From assembly GCA_048938895.1 (NCBI GenBank), contig JBHLLU010000009.1, forward strand, positions 1 through 64,000: a stretch of 64,000 nt of DNA. Reading direction: 5' to 3'. Positions 29,675-39,491 of the stretch are shown piece by piece (position 1 is the first letter of the stretch; each line of letters opens with the position of its first letter). Source of the stretch: Promethearchaeota archaeon. Lineage in GTDB: Archaea; Asgardarchaeota; Lokiarchaeia; Sigyniarchaeales; SOKP01. The position numbers were made by a program, and so were the translations under genes. The notes beneath the pieces were generated by a model that saw nothing but the letters and a program-made list of their open reading frames with translations, did not search any database and was not told where the DNA came from.

Positions 29675-30814
29675 TTATTGAAAATAGCGGATTAATGTGT
29701 TTTTAATACTTTCAAAATGCCCTAAATTCAGTTTCAAGAGATCATCAAATATTTCTCTAATACCAACTTTTTCAACTCGTTTAGCAATATTGAAATAAGG
29801 AGAATTCTTTAATTCCTTGACTAATTTCTTATTTTCCTCAAGATCAGCTAGTAAATAATCTGTCGGAGTTAAATTTTGAATTCCCAACATTCCCTGAATG
29901 ATTGCCATCAACATGGAATCGAATGTTATCCGAAGTATTATTTCATTATCAAAATCAGCTGACTGAGGGAGGAGGTACGTTTTCAGAAGAGAAATCGAAT
30001 TCTTAAACCGTTCAAGAGAATCTAGCCCTAGATCTTTAATTTTTTGATTAAATCTTCGATCTTCAGATGCTCTTAAACATAATGCAGCAACTGTTTGATA
30101 TTCAGCAACAAAATGAATAAAGCGTGCTTTTGCATTAAACATGGTATCTTTGGATTTCTCTTCATCTATCATATCCCCTAAATTCTGTAGTGCTTTTTCA
30201 AAATAATTAGCTATATCAATAAATTTATTAGCAGAGGCCTTAAATTCTTTTTTCGATAATAAATCCAATGCTTCTTTTTCCAGCTGTTTATACAATTCAT
30301 CAAATCTATTAATTTTCATAACAGCTTTTAGGATTAAATTCTTGCCCAAATCCTTTTTAATTCCTGAACGCTCAAATGCTTGTCCCGCTTTTAATAGAAA
30401 GATTGAACATACACTATTAAATTCTTCTGGATCAACCTCATTCAAATATTCCGAAGCTTTCTGCCATGAGTCTCCAGCAGTTCCCCAATCTCGCATATTA
30501 TAAGCAATATTACCCAACTGGATCAGTAATTTCGCAGAAACCTCGTATAACTTTAATTCCTCTGTTTTTCTAATAATTGATTTCAATCTGTAAGTGGCTT
30601 GAATGTTATTTTTAAATTGGGAAATAATCTGAGCTATTCTTACATACAATTCATCCAATTTTATATAACTTCCAAGATCCAGGTAAATTTGAGCCGCTTT
30701 CTCATAAAAGTTAATTGCTTCATCTCCCTTGTTTTTATCTGCTAGTGTTTCAGCTCGATCAATTAATTGAATCGCTTCAATTTCTTTATCTTCCCGGTCA
30801 TAATTATGGATCAT
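29675..30814 (-). CDS. TPR/alpha-SNAP-like helical repeat protein
   Basis: Repeated A..FYEKAA..Y, AGDSWQKAS.Y and ASANKF..IA.YF helices. Confidence 0.55.
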   Translation of the reverse strand: MIHNYDREDKEIEAIQLIDRAETLADKNKGDEAINFYEKAAQIYLDLGSYIKLDELYVRIAQIISQFKNNIQATYRLKSIIRKTEELKLYEVSAKLLIQLGNIAYNMRDWGTAGDSWQKASEYLNEVDPEEFNSVCSIFLLKAGQAFERSGIKKDLGKNLILKAVMKINRFDELYKQLEKEALDLLSKKEFKASANKFIDIANYFEKALQNLGDMIDEEKSKDTMFNAKARFIHFVAEYQTVAALCLRASEDRRFNQKIKDLGLDSLERFKNSISLLKTYLLPQSADFDNEIILRITFDSMLMAIIQGMLGIQNLTPTDYLLADLEENKKLVKELKNSPYFNIAKRVEKVGIREIFDDLLKLNLGHFESIKNTLIRYFQ

Positions 30815-30957
30815 TGTTTTTCCCGAAGAATGTTATGTAGTAATTTTATATTCCAATTGTATAGACTTAATTAAAATATTAAAACCTTAGTATTAATAGC
30901 TTTTTATTCTAAAACTCGCATTTTTTCATGGTTTATTGCTTAACGAGTAATATATTT

Positions 30958-31833
30958 TTAAAAAAGTTTTATATTCTTACTTTTCAAGACTTTTTTAAAC
31001 TCAATCGATTGGTACGCAGAAGAAAATGATTCTTTTGCATCTTCAATTGCTCCATAAAAAATAAAGTTTGAGTACCACGTAGCAATAAACATTATACTAG
31101 CTCTTCTATATCGAGTATGAAATTTCACATTCAAGCGAGGTGAGGAATAATGGAATAGAAAAAGGTTCGGGGCTGTGCCTACTGGAAGTTTTAATGAAGT
31201 ACTTACTAATAGTTGAGTTTCTAACACATGAGCTAAACTTTCTAAATTAATTACTCCCCCATCAATCCAAATTTTTTCAACTCCCAGATCTTTTAATCCT
31301 GTAAGTATACTTTTATTATTGGGTTGATTTTTTGTTGTAATATATTCAAATCTCTGGGTGGATGACATATTCTCTGAACCCAAGATTAATACAACAGCGG
31401 ATTTAATTTTATATTTTTGTAGAATTTCGATTTCTCGTTTGTTTTTAAGATTTGAGACTGTATTATAAATATAATGATCTGGTTTTATTCCTTGTTCTGT
31501 AAGGTATTTAATACCATCAATCCGAGATTCTAAATTTCCTCCCAAGATAAAGGGTTGCTCATAATGAGTTATATAAAATTCTAAATATTTTTTCATAGCT
31601 TTAGGCGTAGTTGCTGATATTTCAATAAGATTTGATATTTTATATTTATCTGATAATGAAATTTGAGTATTAATCCTCTTAATTGCTTTTTGTTCATCAA
31701 AAATTTCACTTGCTTTGCGATTAACAAGAGTTTGACCTTGATAAAACATAGTACCAATTAGTAAAGGAGGATAATTAAAATTTCCTCGACCTACTTTAAT
31801 ATCTCCATATTTATAATAATCAGATTCAGTCAT
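30958..31833 (-). CDS. MtrH-like pterin-binding methyltransferase (methyl-H4MPT:corrinoid)
   Basis: GDIKVG..NYPPLLIGTMFYQGQ..FDEQKA, YIYNTV, LPVGTAP, FYGAIE resemble the MtrH family. No other mtr genes in the window. Confidence 0.7.
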   Translation of the reverse strand: MTESDYYKYGDIKVGRGNFNYPPLLIGTMFYQGQTLVNRKASEIFDEQKAIKRINTQISLSDKYKISNLIEISATTPKAMKKYLEFYITHYEQPFILGGNLESRIDGIKYLTEQGIKPDHYIYNTVSNLKNKREIEILQKYKIKSAVVLILGSENMSSTQRFEYITTKNQPNNKSILTGLKDLGVEKIWIDGGVINLESLAHVLETQLLVSTSLKLPVGTAPNLFLFHYSSPRLNVKFHTRYRRASIMFIATWYSNFIFYGAIEDAKESFSSAYQSIEFKKVLKSKNIKLF

Positions 31834-31903
31834 AGTCTTTTAAGTTTCAATTTATGCCATCTATACTATAAAATTATAAGCCATATTAAATTGTCTAAAA
31901 AAG

Positions 31904-32200
31904 TTAAATAATCCGACTTTGAGGTTTTTTAGACTGCTTTATTTTAAGGATAATATCAAGCTCTGCAATAAGCCAAACAAGAACGTCGTAATTAAGTGAA
32001 TCAAAATAAATTTTTGCAGCTTGTTCTCGTATCCGTTCTCGATCTGAATATTTGGGGTCTCTTTGGACAAATAACTGTCTCTCAGCTAGCATCCAACAAA
32101 GGGTGTCATATGTATAATTCTTTTGAGAAAGATAATATGCAGCGACACCAATTTGATCCCTTAAATTATTATTATTACCATTCATTTTTACCAAATACAA
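31904..32200 (-). CDS. Small tandem helical-repeat (DUF2934-like) protein, homologous to the gelsolin C-terminal domain
   Basis: QIGVAAYYLSQKNYTYDTLCWMLAE...IREQAAKIY..NYDVLVWLIAELD aligns to about aa 190-262 of 551..1378. Confidence 0.75.
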   Translation of the reverse strand: MYLVKMNGNNNNLRDQIGVAAYYLSQKNYTYDTLCWMLAERQLFVQRDPKYSDRERIREQAAKIYFDSLNYDVLVWLIAELDIILKIKQSKKPQSRII

Positions 32201-32207
32201 AATTTAA

Positions 32208-33413
32208 CTAATATAGATGTAATTTAACATCACAACTTTTACAATGCCCTTCTTGCAGTTGGTTAAAACATTCCTCATGGTAAAGTGTATTGCATTCAAG
32301 GTTTCCGCATTGAACTGCTTTTTGTCCCTTTTCAAAAATTAGGTGACACATGGGGCATGCTTTGAACAAAGCATCTTCTCCTAGTAGTGCTACATCTTCA
32401 ACAAATTTTGCGGGGAGAATCTCTGGTCTCTGCGTTTTTTCTTCTGTAGTAGTGCGAGAGAGGATACGTAATTTTTGTATTTGAGTAACCTCAGTAGGAA
32501 TTTTTAGTAAATAAAAACAATGAGGGCATCTAGCAGTTCCAGATCTTTTTACAATATGATCTTTTTGAGAATCAGCCCAACCTGCTAAACAATGTATATG
32601 AAATGGAGTAGTACAATTAGGACAATAACGTCCTGTAACATAAAATGATCCTTTTGTGTAAGGGTTTTTATCTGAAAAACAAATTGAGCATTTTTTGTAA
32701 TCTACTTCACCTCTTATTTGTTTAGCTCGTAGTTCTTGGTCTTTAGTTAGATCTTGGACTCTCAGAAGATTTGCAGCAATTTTTCTGAGAAAGGCGGGAT
32801 TTTCACTGATTATATCTTGATTTGAGCCATATTTTTTGTAATTATCATCTGCAATTTCTTGAGCAGATCTCATTAAGGCTTCCGGATCACTATTATAGAA
32901 ATATCTACCTTGGGTGATATCACTTAATTTCTTCAACGTATTAACTTCCCCAAACTGTCCCACTAAAAAAGTATCAATTTTTATGTTTAATCCCTGTGCA
33001 AGTCTAGCCATTTTTACTGGATCAGCAGCTGATTTCATGATTTTTCCATCAGAAATTAATAAAATCCTAGGGGGTTTAGCTCCAATTTTTCTTAGTTCTA
33101 CAATAACTGTTTTTATTGCCAAAGCTACACCATCTCCCAATGCTGAATAACCATTACAAGTAAGCGAATCTAATGCTTTGTTAAGATTATCTACATAGGT
33201 TGAAGTTGTAAAACCAATTACTTCTTCCGCTCTATCTGAAAATCTGATTATGGCGAATGTACTCAAACTATCCAATTCAAATCTTTTACTAATAAGTGTT
33301 TTGACTGCTTCAGTACAACTTCTTAATCGGTATGGAGGAAAATCCTTTCTATACATCGATCTTGAGGTGTCCAAACATACAACAATATTTTCAGGTATTC
33401 TTTGTTCAGTCAT
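32208..33413 (-). CDS. vWA domain protein with two C-terminal RING-like zinc fingers
   Basis: MIDAS motif DTSRS, LISDG. Fingers CSIC..CPNC..FHIHC..W..CPHC and CPMC..C...C..YHEEC..CKSC. Confidence 0.8.
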   Translation of the reverse strand: MTEQRIPENIVVCLDTSRSMYRKDFPPYRLRSCTEAVKTLISKRFELDSLSTFAIIRFSDRAEEVIGFTTSTYVDNLNKALDSLTCNGYSALGDGVALAIKTVIVELRKIGAKPPRILLISDGKIMKSAADPVKMARLAQGLNIKIDTFLVGQFGEVNTLKKLSDITQGRYFYNSDPEALMRSAQEIADDNYKKYGSNQDIISENPAFLRKIAANLLRVQDLTKDQELRAKQIRGEVDYKKCSICFSDKNPYTKGSFYVTGRYCPNCTTPFHIHCLAGWADSQKDHIVKRSGTARCPHCFYLLKIPTEVTQIQKLRILSRTTTEEKTQRPEILPAKFVEDVALLGEDALFKACPMCHLIFEKGQKAVQCGNLECNTLYHEECFNQLQEGHCKSCDVKLHLY

Positions 33414-33587
33414 ATTATGATTACGATTTTTAGGGCATGAATATAAGAGTTTAACGACTGTGCTTTTCTAATTAATCTATTTTTTAAACATTAATTAATT
33501 ATTAATTAATTAGTAAAATTACTAAAATTTAATAATATCTTATTAAGTATAAAGTATAAAGATAAATGTAAATTATTCTGATGCAGA

Positions 33588-34796
33588 ATGTCAGATCAAA
33601 CCGATAAAAATGTAATTTTAAAAGACTTCTTTAAACGTAATGTGGTTATTAGCGAACTTGAAGATATTTTAAGATTTAAACCAGAAACGTTGATAGGTGT
33701 CGATAAAGTAAGTTCAGATCAATTATTCTCAAATGGCATAAAAACAATTGAGGAGTTAGCCAAATTATCTGTCACAAATCTTCCTGAAATAAATGATATA
33801 TTACCTTCAATGCTACAAAAATGGATTAAAATTGCTCAAGTAATTCAAAAAAATGTGCAAGAGCAATTAAGAAAACATAAGAAATTATTAATGATTGGAC
33901 TTGATAACGGGGGAAAAACTTCCATTTTAGCCGTTGTTCAAGATAAGTTTTCAATCATTAAATCTTTACTTCCTACACGGGGTGTTAAAAGAGAAAAGCT
34001 AGATTTTTTCGGCTATCCAATTATAAGCTGGGACCTTGGTGGGCAAGTTCAATATCGTGAGAAATTATACTTTAATAGACCAGAACTTTTCTTTACAGAA
34101 GCAGATATTATATTATATGTAATCGATAGTCAGGATCCTGATAGATTTCCAGAGGCTGCTAACTATTTTAGAGAAGTTTTAAATGTTTTAGAAGAATTAA
34201 AGGAAAAACCCGCTATTCTTATTGTTCTAAGCAAAAGTGACCAAGATATTCGTAAAACTCTTCAATGGCAACAAAATGTAAGTGCAATCAAAAATAAATT
34301 TAATAAAGTTGCTGATGAGTTTTCACAATTTACCGTTGATTTTTGTGATACAACTGTATTTCAGCGGGAAACAATAATGCAAATGTTTAGTATTGCATTA
34401 AAAAAAGTATCAGATACCTCAGAAATCATCGAAAACATCCTTGAAGATTTTTGCCATCAAGTAGAAGCGAAAGCTTCGAGTTTAGTATCAATGGATGGAT
34501 TAATTTTTGGAAGTTATACCGGTTCTGATACAGATGAAATGCTAGTGAATAATACTGCACTACTTTTACAAACTCTTTCCAACTTTTATAATACTATTGG
34601 TTTGATACGTGAAAAATCGATAAGGCTAGATTTACCGCTCAATGGATTTACAATTCGAGGAGAAAAATTATTTGAATATTCAGATCTTCAAATTCCTGTA
34701 TATCTTTGGGCTCTTTCTGAAGAACCCGATAAATTAGAGGGTAAGTTAGACTATTTTAAAGAACAATTATTACCGTTGATAAATCTCTTCCTTTAA
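33588..34796 (+). CDS. HhH-like domain + Arf/Rag-like small GTPase + roadblock-like domain
   Basis: G1 GLDNGGKTS, G2 PTRG, G3 WDLGGQ, G4 SKSD. N-terminal IGVD....L...GIKTIEELA; C-terminal SSLVSMDGLIFGS. Confidence 0.85.
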   Translation: MSDQTDKNVILKDFFKRNVVISELEDILRFKPETLIGVDKVSSDQLFSNGIKTIEELAKLSVTNLPEINDILPSMLQKWIKIAQVIQKNVQEQLRKHKKLLMIGLDNGGKTSILAVVQDKFSIIKSLLPTRGVKREKLDFFGYPIISWDLGGQVQYREKLYFNRPELFFTEADIILYVIDSQDPDRFPEAANYFREVLNVLEELKEKPAILIVLSKSDQDIRKTLQWQQNVSAIKNKFNKVADEFSQFTVDFCDTTVFQRETIMQMFSIALKKVSDTSEIIENILEDFCHQVEAKASSLVSMDGLIFGSYTGSDTDEMLVNNTALLLQTLSNFYNTIGLIREKSIRLDLPLNGFTIRGEKLFEYSDLQIPVYLWALSEEPDKLEGKLDYFKEQLLPLINLFL

Positions 34797-34816
34797 TTAT
34801 TTTTTTATTACTAATA

Positions 34817-35029
34817 TCATATCAAATCTTCTTGAGCAGCTAATAAATATTCGTTGCATTTATCTAACATTTCAATTGCTTTATTCAAATTTTCAACTAC
34901 TGTGTTCAAACCTTTATTTAAAGCAATATCTCTCCATTTCGAAAAGTTTTCCTTATGAGAGACGTTATGATCAGCCCAATGTTGACATAATTTTGAGAGC
35001 TTTAGAATATCCTTATCTTGTTTTTCCAA
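34817..35029 (-). CDS. Small His-motif helical protein (HWxxHNxxH), possible metal chaperone
   Basis: KLCQHWADHNVSHKENF. Directly downstream of cdhA on the same strand. Confidence 0.65.
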   Translation of the reverse strand: MEKQDKDILKLSKLCQHWADHNVSHKENFSKWRDIALNKGLNTVVENLNKAIEMLDKCNEYLLAAQEDLI

Positions 35030-35222
35030 ATCAAATCACTTTTCGGTCTATATGTTTGAATCTATTATTATTAATCTTACTGAACACATTAATGTATTCT
35101 TAATATTATAAATAAATTCACACGATTAAATGCAAGAAAATTTATTTTAAGAACAACATAAAATTGAATTAAGCTTAATCCATTATTAGTTCTGCAAAAA
35201 GAAAAATAAAAAAATAAATAAA

Positions 35223-37571
35223 TTAAGTTCTACACATACGTTTTAAAAGAGTAGGATCCACGATTTCTTTTGGCTCCCAGCCTTTCTCCTTGAGGTATTC
35301 CTGAATTTCATCTTTCATGCTAATAGGAATATCTGCTTCGAGTCGAATGAATTTCTCTAGGTCATTTGGGAATTTGACTCCCTTATATTTGCGTTCCAAG
35401 TCTATCCAATGAGAAAGCTTTATCATTCTACCTTTTGAGTTATCAGCAGGTCTTATTGCTAACTTAGCGACTAAACAAATTGCTTGTTCAATGCTTTCTG
35501 CAGTGGTTAACAGATGTTCCGGACCTGGGCCAACAAGATGATCTTCTGATCCATCTCGAGCATTAAAAACCTTCCAAGTATCTTCATCGTAAGACCGTCC
35601 AATATACATTCTTCGATATTCTGCTGCATGAGGGCCTACAACTGCAGGAATACCTAAACCATTAGCCATACTAGCAATGCTTGCCGCCTTTTGGGACATG
35701 GCACCCCAAGCTACTCCAACTGCACCAACTCGGTTTAAGATATAATCCGCAATCTCCTCGTAATTGCCCCGTAATGGCCGTCGGGCGAAAATATTAGCCA
35801 CCTTAATAGCTGCTCCTGTTATATGCGGATTTGAAACACAACTACCAACATTAACTAAACACCCTCTATCAAAATCACCAGGAAATCTGTCATATAACGT
35901 CTTGCCTTCCTCATCTTTGACAAGACCAATATCCATTGCTCCGCAACCAGATACAACTACAATATAATTTCTTATTAAGAATTCCTCAGCCATTTTATAT
36001 AGTTCTTGAATTTCATGAGCATAGTTACCACACCCTATAATCGCTACAATACCAGGGATTTCTCCCAGAACGATTGGGGCCCCTACATTGCGGATCTCTG
36101 TGTCCATAATTGGACCACGCCCTGATCTACAATTATATTTCTCTGTTTTGATATATTCTCTCCCAGCATATTGGATAAGAGTCAATGGAGATACATTTTT
36201 CATACAATCAGATTCACATCTACCACATCCTAAACAATCATGAAAAATACTTTCTAAAACGGAGAAATCCGCGTCTTTTGCTAATTTGACACCTTCCACA
36301 AGAGGTAGATCATTTGGGCAGTTTCTTTGGCAGTTTCCACATCCATTGCATCTCATAGCCATTTCTTGGCATCCTTTTTCATCTGGGACACCACTTTTAC
36401 CTTTTCTAATTGGTTTTATCTTAATTGCCGTTTCTGCTGCTACTTCTCCAGCTTTAATAGGATCTAAAATTAAAACACCGTCCATTTTACCACTAACCAA
36501 ATCATCAACAATCTCCATCATGGGATCATCGGTCCTATCTGGAAAGCCACCCATTATTTTTTCATTGGTGGTAATGTATGGTGCTCCTACAGCTTTTGAT
36601 TCTTCATAAGTTCTCAAATTGACACATTGTTCATCAACCATTACTACATCAGCTAAACCAGAACGGATATAATGTAGTTGTCTTGAATAAGAACCAATTA
36701 TTTTTGCTCCATCATAGTAACGAGTAAGATCATGAGCTGTACAGCAAATTGCACCCACATCAACCTTATCTTCATAGCCCTTTTCTCGTATGTAATCAAC
36801 TAATTCAACTCCTGGAGCAACATTATGCCCAATCATCAAGACAGTTGCCTTATTTTCCGTATCCATTGTACCCATTCCTAATTCAACTATAGGTGCTTCT
36901 GGATCCCCCAATGGCATACCATAAGCAGCAATTTGTATAGCATCAGAAATTTCCATTCCGACTGAATCACATAAACCAGCAAGAAAGCTTTTTGCTTCAT
37001 AATCAAGATAACTAGATTCTTGACCTGTATGACCTGCGGCTAAAAGTTGTGTTAAAGTATAATGAACGTAATCCATAGCAGTTTCTAAATCCTCCAAATT
37101 CTGAGGCTTCATCCCAACCACTAAGCGTGTATGAGGCATCTCAACGGCAATATTATTTCCGAAGTTAATCGGGACGTTCCCATATTTCTCTTTTAACCAA
37201 TGTAGAAGATGATCTCCATGAGCACTATGACACGCTGCACCTATACAACACGCAATTTCAACAATTCTTGCCTGCTGAGTTTCCATATTGATTCCGCATG
37301 CTCCTGTTCTTCCTTTGGAAAGATTACATTTCCCATACGTACATAAACAGCACATATCACAAATGGGCATATAAAATGGTTTATAACGATCCATAAGCTT
37401 GAAAAACCAAGATCTAAGATCTCTTAAATGTGGAGAAGGATGAGGCCCCATAGGTTCCCATTCAGTCTCGTCACCATAAGAAATTTTTCCAGTTGTAAGT
37501 TCGAAGCCTTTAATAGAACCAAGAGGTCCTTTATACTCATCTATTTTTAGTTTTGCGCCTTGTTTTTCCAT
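35223..37571 (-). CDS. cdhA: CO dehydrogenase/acetyl-CoA synthase complex alpha subunit
   Basis: CDMCCLCTYGKC, GAACHSAHGDH, ICCTAHD, two ferredoxin motifs, GSCVSNPH, WGAMSQKA. Confidence 0.95.
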   Translation of the reverse strand: MEKQGAKLKIDEYKGPLGSIKGFELTTGKISYGDETEWEPMGPHPSPHLRDLRSWFFKLMDRYKPFYMPICDMCCLCTYGKCNLSKGRTGACGINMETQQARIVEIACCIGAACHSAHGDHLLHWLKEKYGNVPINFGNNIAVEMPHTRLVVGMKPQNLEDLETAMDYVHYTLTQLLAAGHTGQESSYLDYEAKSFLAGLCDSVGMEISDAIQIAAYGMPLGDPEAPIVELGMGTMDTENKATVLMIGHNVAPGVELVDYIREKGYEDKVDVGAICCTAHDLTRYYDGAKIIGSYSRQLHYIRSGLADVVMVDEQCVNLRTYEESKAVGAPYITTNEKIMGGFPDRTDDPMMEIVDDLVSGKMDGVLILDPIKAGEVAAETAIKIKPIRKGKSGVPDEKGCQEMAMRCNGCGNCQRNCPNDLPLVEGVKLAKDADFSVLESIFHDCLGCGRCESDCMKNVSPLTLIQYAGREYIKTEKYNCRSGRGPIMDTEIRNVGAPIVLGEIPGIVAIIGCGNYAHEIQELYKMAEEFLIRNYIVVVSGCGAMDIGLVKDEEGKTLYDRFPGDFDRGCLVNVGSCVSNPHITGAAIKVANIFARRPLRGNYEEIADYILNRVGAVGVAWGAMSQKAASIASMANGLGIPAVVGPHAAEYRRMYIGRSYDEDTWKVFNARDGSEDHLVGPGPEHLLTTAESIEQAICLVAKLAIRPADNSKGRMIKLSHWIDLERKYKGVKFPNDLEKFIRLEADIPISMKDEIQEYLKEKGWEPKEIVDPTLLKRMCRT

Positions 37572-37735
37572 TTTTTAATCAGTTTTTTTAATTTTTTTAA
37601 CTAAAATAATAATTAGATTAATACTATATTCTATTTTAAAATTTCAAATTTCCTATTTGGGATATCTTTTAGTGAATTTAAAAATTAATTATTATATTAG
37701 AAAAAATATAGAGCGAAATTGGTTAAAATAAAAAA

Positions 37736-37751
37736 GTGTGAAACTTCACAC
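37736..37751. promoter_or_regulatory. Perfect inverted repeat GTGTGAA-AC-TTCACAC, putative operator between cdhA and the DUF1295 gene
   Basis: 7-bp arms with a 2-nt spacer in an otherwise very AT-rich divergent intergenic region. Confidence 0.45.
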
Positions 37752-37851
37752 AGCTTTAAATTAGGACTTTGATATTTATTGTATAAAACCCTTTAATTTT
37801 ATTATCTTTATTTAATTAAAAATCGATAACTAGGGATTATGTGATTGGTAA

Positions 37852-38763
37852 ATGAAGGAGAGAGATAAAGAAAACCGCATGATTAATGCTTATATGTTCC
37901 TTGTTTTTTCTTATTTTATTGCATTTCTCATTTCAATTTTTATGGGAATTATTTTTTATTCCCTCCATTCACTTTTAATGATTCTATTAGCGGATATCGC
38001 AGGAACTTTGGTTATATTTATAATAAGTACAATCATAAAGAATACTAGTTTATATGATCCTTATTGGAGTGTTGCACCTTTAATAATTGCGTTATTTTTT
38101 CTATTATTTCCCCAAATTGTTGAAACTAGTAATATGCGTTATCTCGTTGTTTTCATTATTATAGCAGTCTGGTCTATACGGCTTACTTTTAACTGGCTGC
38201 GGCAATGGGGTGGATTAAAGCATGAAGACTGGAGGTATATGTATTACAGGAGAAAAATGGGAAGAAAGTTCTGGTTCATTAATCTTACGGGATTACAATT
38301 AATGCCTACTATTTTAGTGTATTTAGGCTCAATTTCAATATACCCTATAATTTCCTTGAGAAAAAATTCGTTTAATTTTCTTGATATCTTGGGTATAATA
38401 ATAACAATTGGAGCGATACTTATAGAAACAATATCTGATCAACAATTACACAATTTTATAGAAAATCGTGAATCTTCTCAGCAATTTATTACAAATGGTT
38501 TATGGAAATATTCAAGACACCCCAATTATTTTGGAGAAATTCTATTTTGGTGGGGTTTGTATATCTTTGCTTTGGCATCAGATTTATCCTTTTTTTGGGC
38601 TATAATTGGCCCTATTTCTATTACATTACTTTTTCTTCTTGTTAGTATCCCTTTAATGGAAAAGAGGAATTTAGAGAGGAAACCTGAATATATTGATTAT
38701 ATACAAAAGGTCTCAAGATTACTACCTTGGTTACCAAAGAAGCGGTTTGAAAAAATGAATTAG
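37852..38763 (+). CDS. DUF1295 / steroid 5-alpha-reductase-like membrane protein
   Basis: YDPYWS, EDWRY, ETISDQQL, GLWKYSRHPNYFGE. Confidence 0.9.
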   Translation: MKERDKENRMINAYMFLVFSYFIAFLISIFMGIIFYSLHSLLMILLADIAGTLVIFIISTIIKNTSLYDPYWSVAPLIIALFFLLFPQIVETSNMRYLVVFIIIAVWSIRLTFNWLRQWGGLKHEDWRYMYYRRKMGRKFWFINLTGLQLMPTILVYLGSISIYPIISLRKNSFNFLDILGIIITIGAILIETISDQQLHNFIENRESSQQFITNGLWKYSRHPNYFGEILFWWGLYIFALASDLSFFWAIIGPISITLLFLLVSIPLMEKRNLERKPEYIDYIQKVSRLLPWLPKKRFEKMN

Positions 38764-38839
38764 AATCTATAGATACATTTATTAATTTCTTTCAACAAGT
38801 AATATCTTAATTTATTATCATCTGAAATATATTTTGAAT

Positions 38840-39448
38840 TCAATCCCCCACACTGGCTAAATGCGCAATATGAATTAAACCAATGATTATTAAAAATATT
38901 AAATTATTATGTAATTTGGTTAGAAATCGTTTTAGTTTTATGTATTTTTTGACCTTTCTAAATACCGTTTTAATTAAAATACCTGAGATTACATAATAAA
39001 AATAAATATAAGCCGTAATCCAACCGATAAGAATTGTGCTCTGTGCCTCATAGCCTAATATAGTTATACCATGTATAAATAAAAATATAAGAGCTGCGAT
39101 TGCTCCAATATAATGTAAAACTAAAAATGGTTTTCTCACTTTAATAAAAAGGTCTCTTATAAAGTCTCGAATTCCTTTAAAAAATAAAATCTTTTTTGGA
39201 AATATCTTTCTTGAAATTATAAAACTCTTATAAAAAATGACATAAAGAAGAGATACTACAACTAAACCTACAGAAACCCAACCAAAATTTCTGGCAATTC
39301 CCCCTTCACCTTCATTGTCTTCTCCTCCTTCTTGGGCGATTGATTTTAAGATAAATTGGGAAAAGATCAAAACTATTAATAAAACGATTACAATATTTCT
39401 AAGATGTTTTTGCCATGAAGAATGTGAGATAGAAGTGTTTTGATACAT
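38840..39448 (-). CDS. Membrane protein with TM histidines (possible b-type cytochrome)
   Basis: LHYIG..FIHG and LHNN..IHIAH within or near TM helices. Confidence 0.55.
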   Translation of the reverse strand: MYQNTSISHSSWQKHLRNIVIVLLIVLIFSQFILKSIAQEGGEDNEGEGGIARNFGWVSVGLVVVSLLYVIFYKSFIISRKIFPKKILFFKGIRDFIRDLFIKVRKPFLVLHYIGAIAALIFLFIHGITILGYEAQSTILIGWITAYIYFYYVISGILIKTVFRKVKKYIKLKRFLTKLHNNLIFLIIIGLIHIAHLASVGD

Positions 39449-39491
39449 ATTTTATCAATTCAGTATATATTAAAATTAAAAACTAATATGC

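Noticed and set aside
30958-31833. Evidence for methanogenesis (Mtr complex)
   Set aside because: Only a divergent MtrH-like gene is present, with no mtrA-G or mcr. Stand-alone MtrH homologs are common in non-methanogens.
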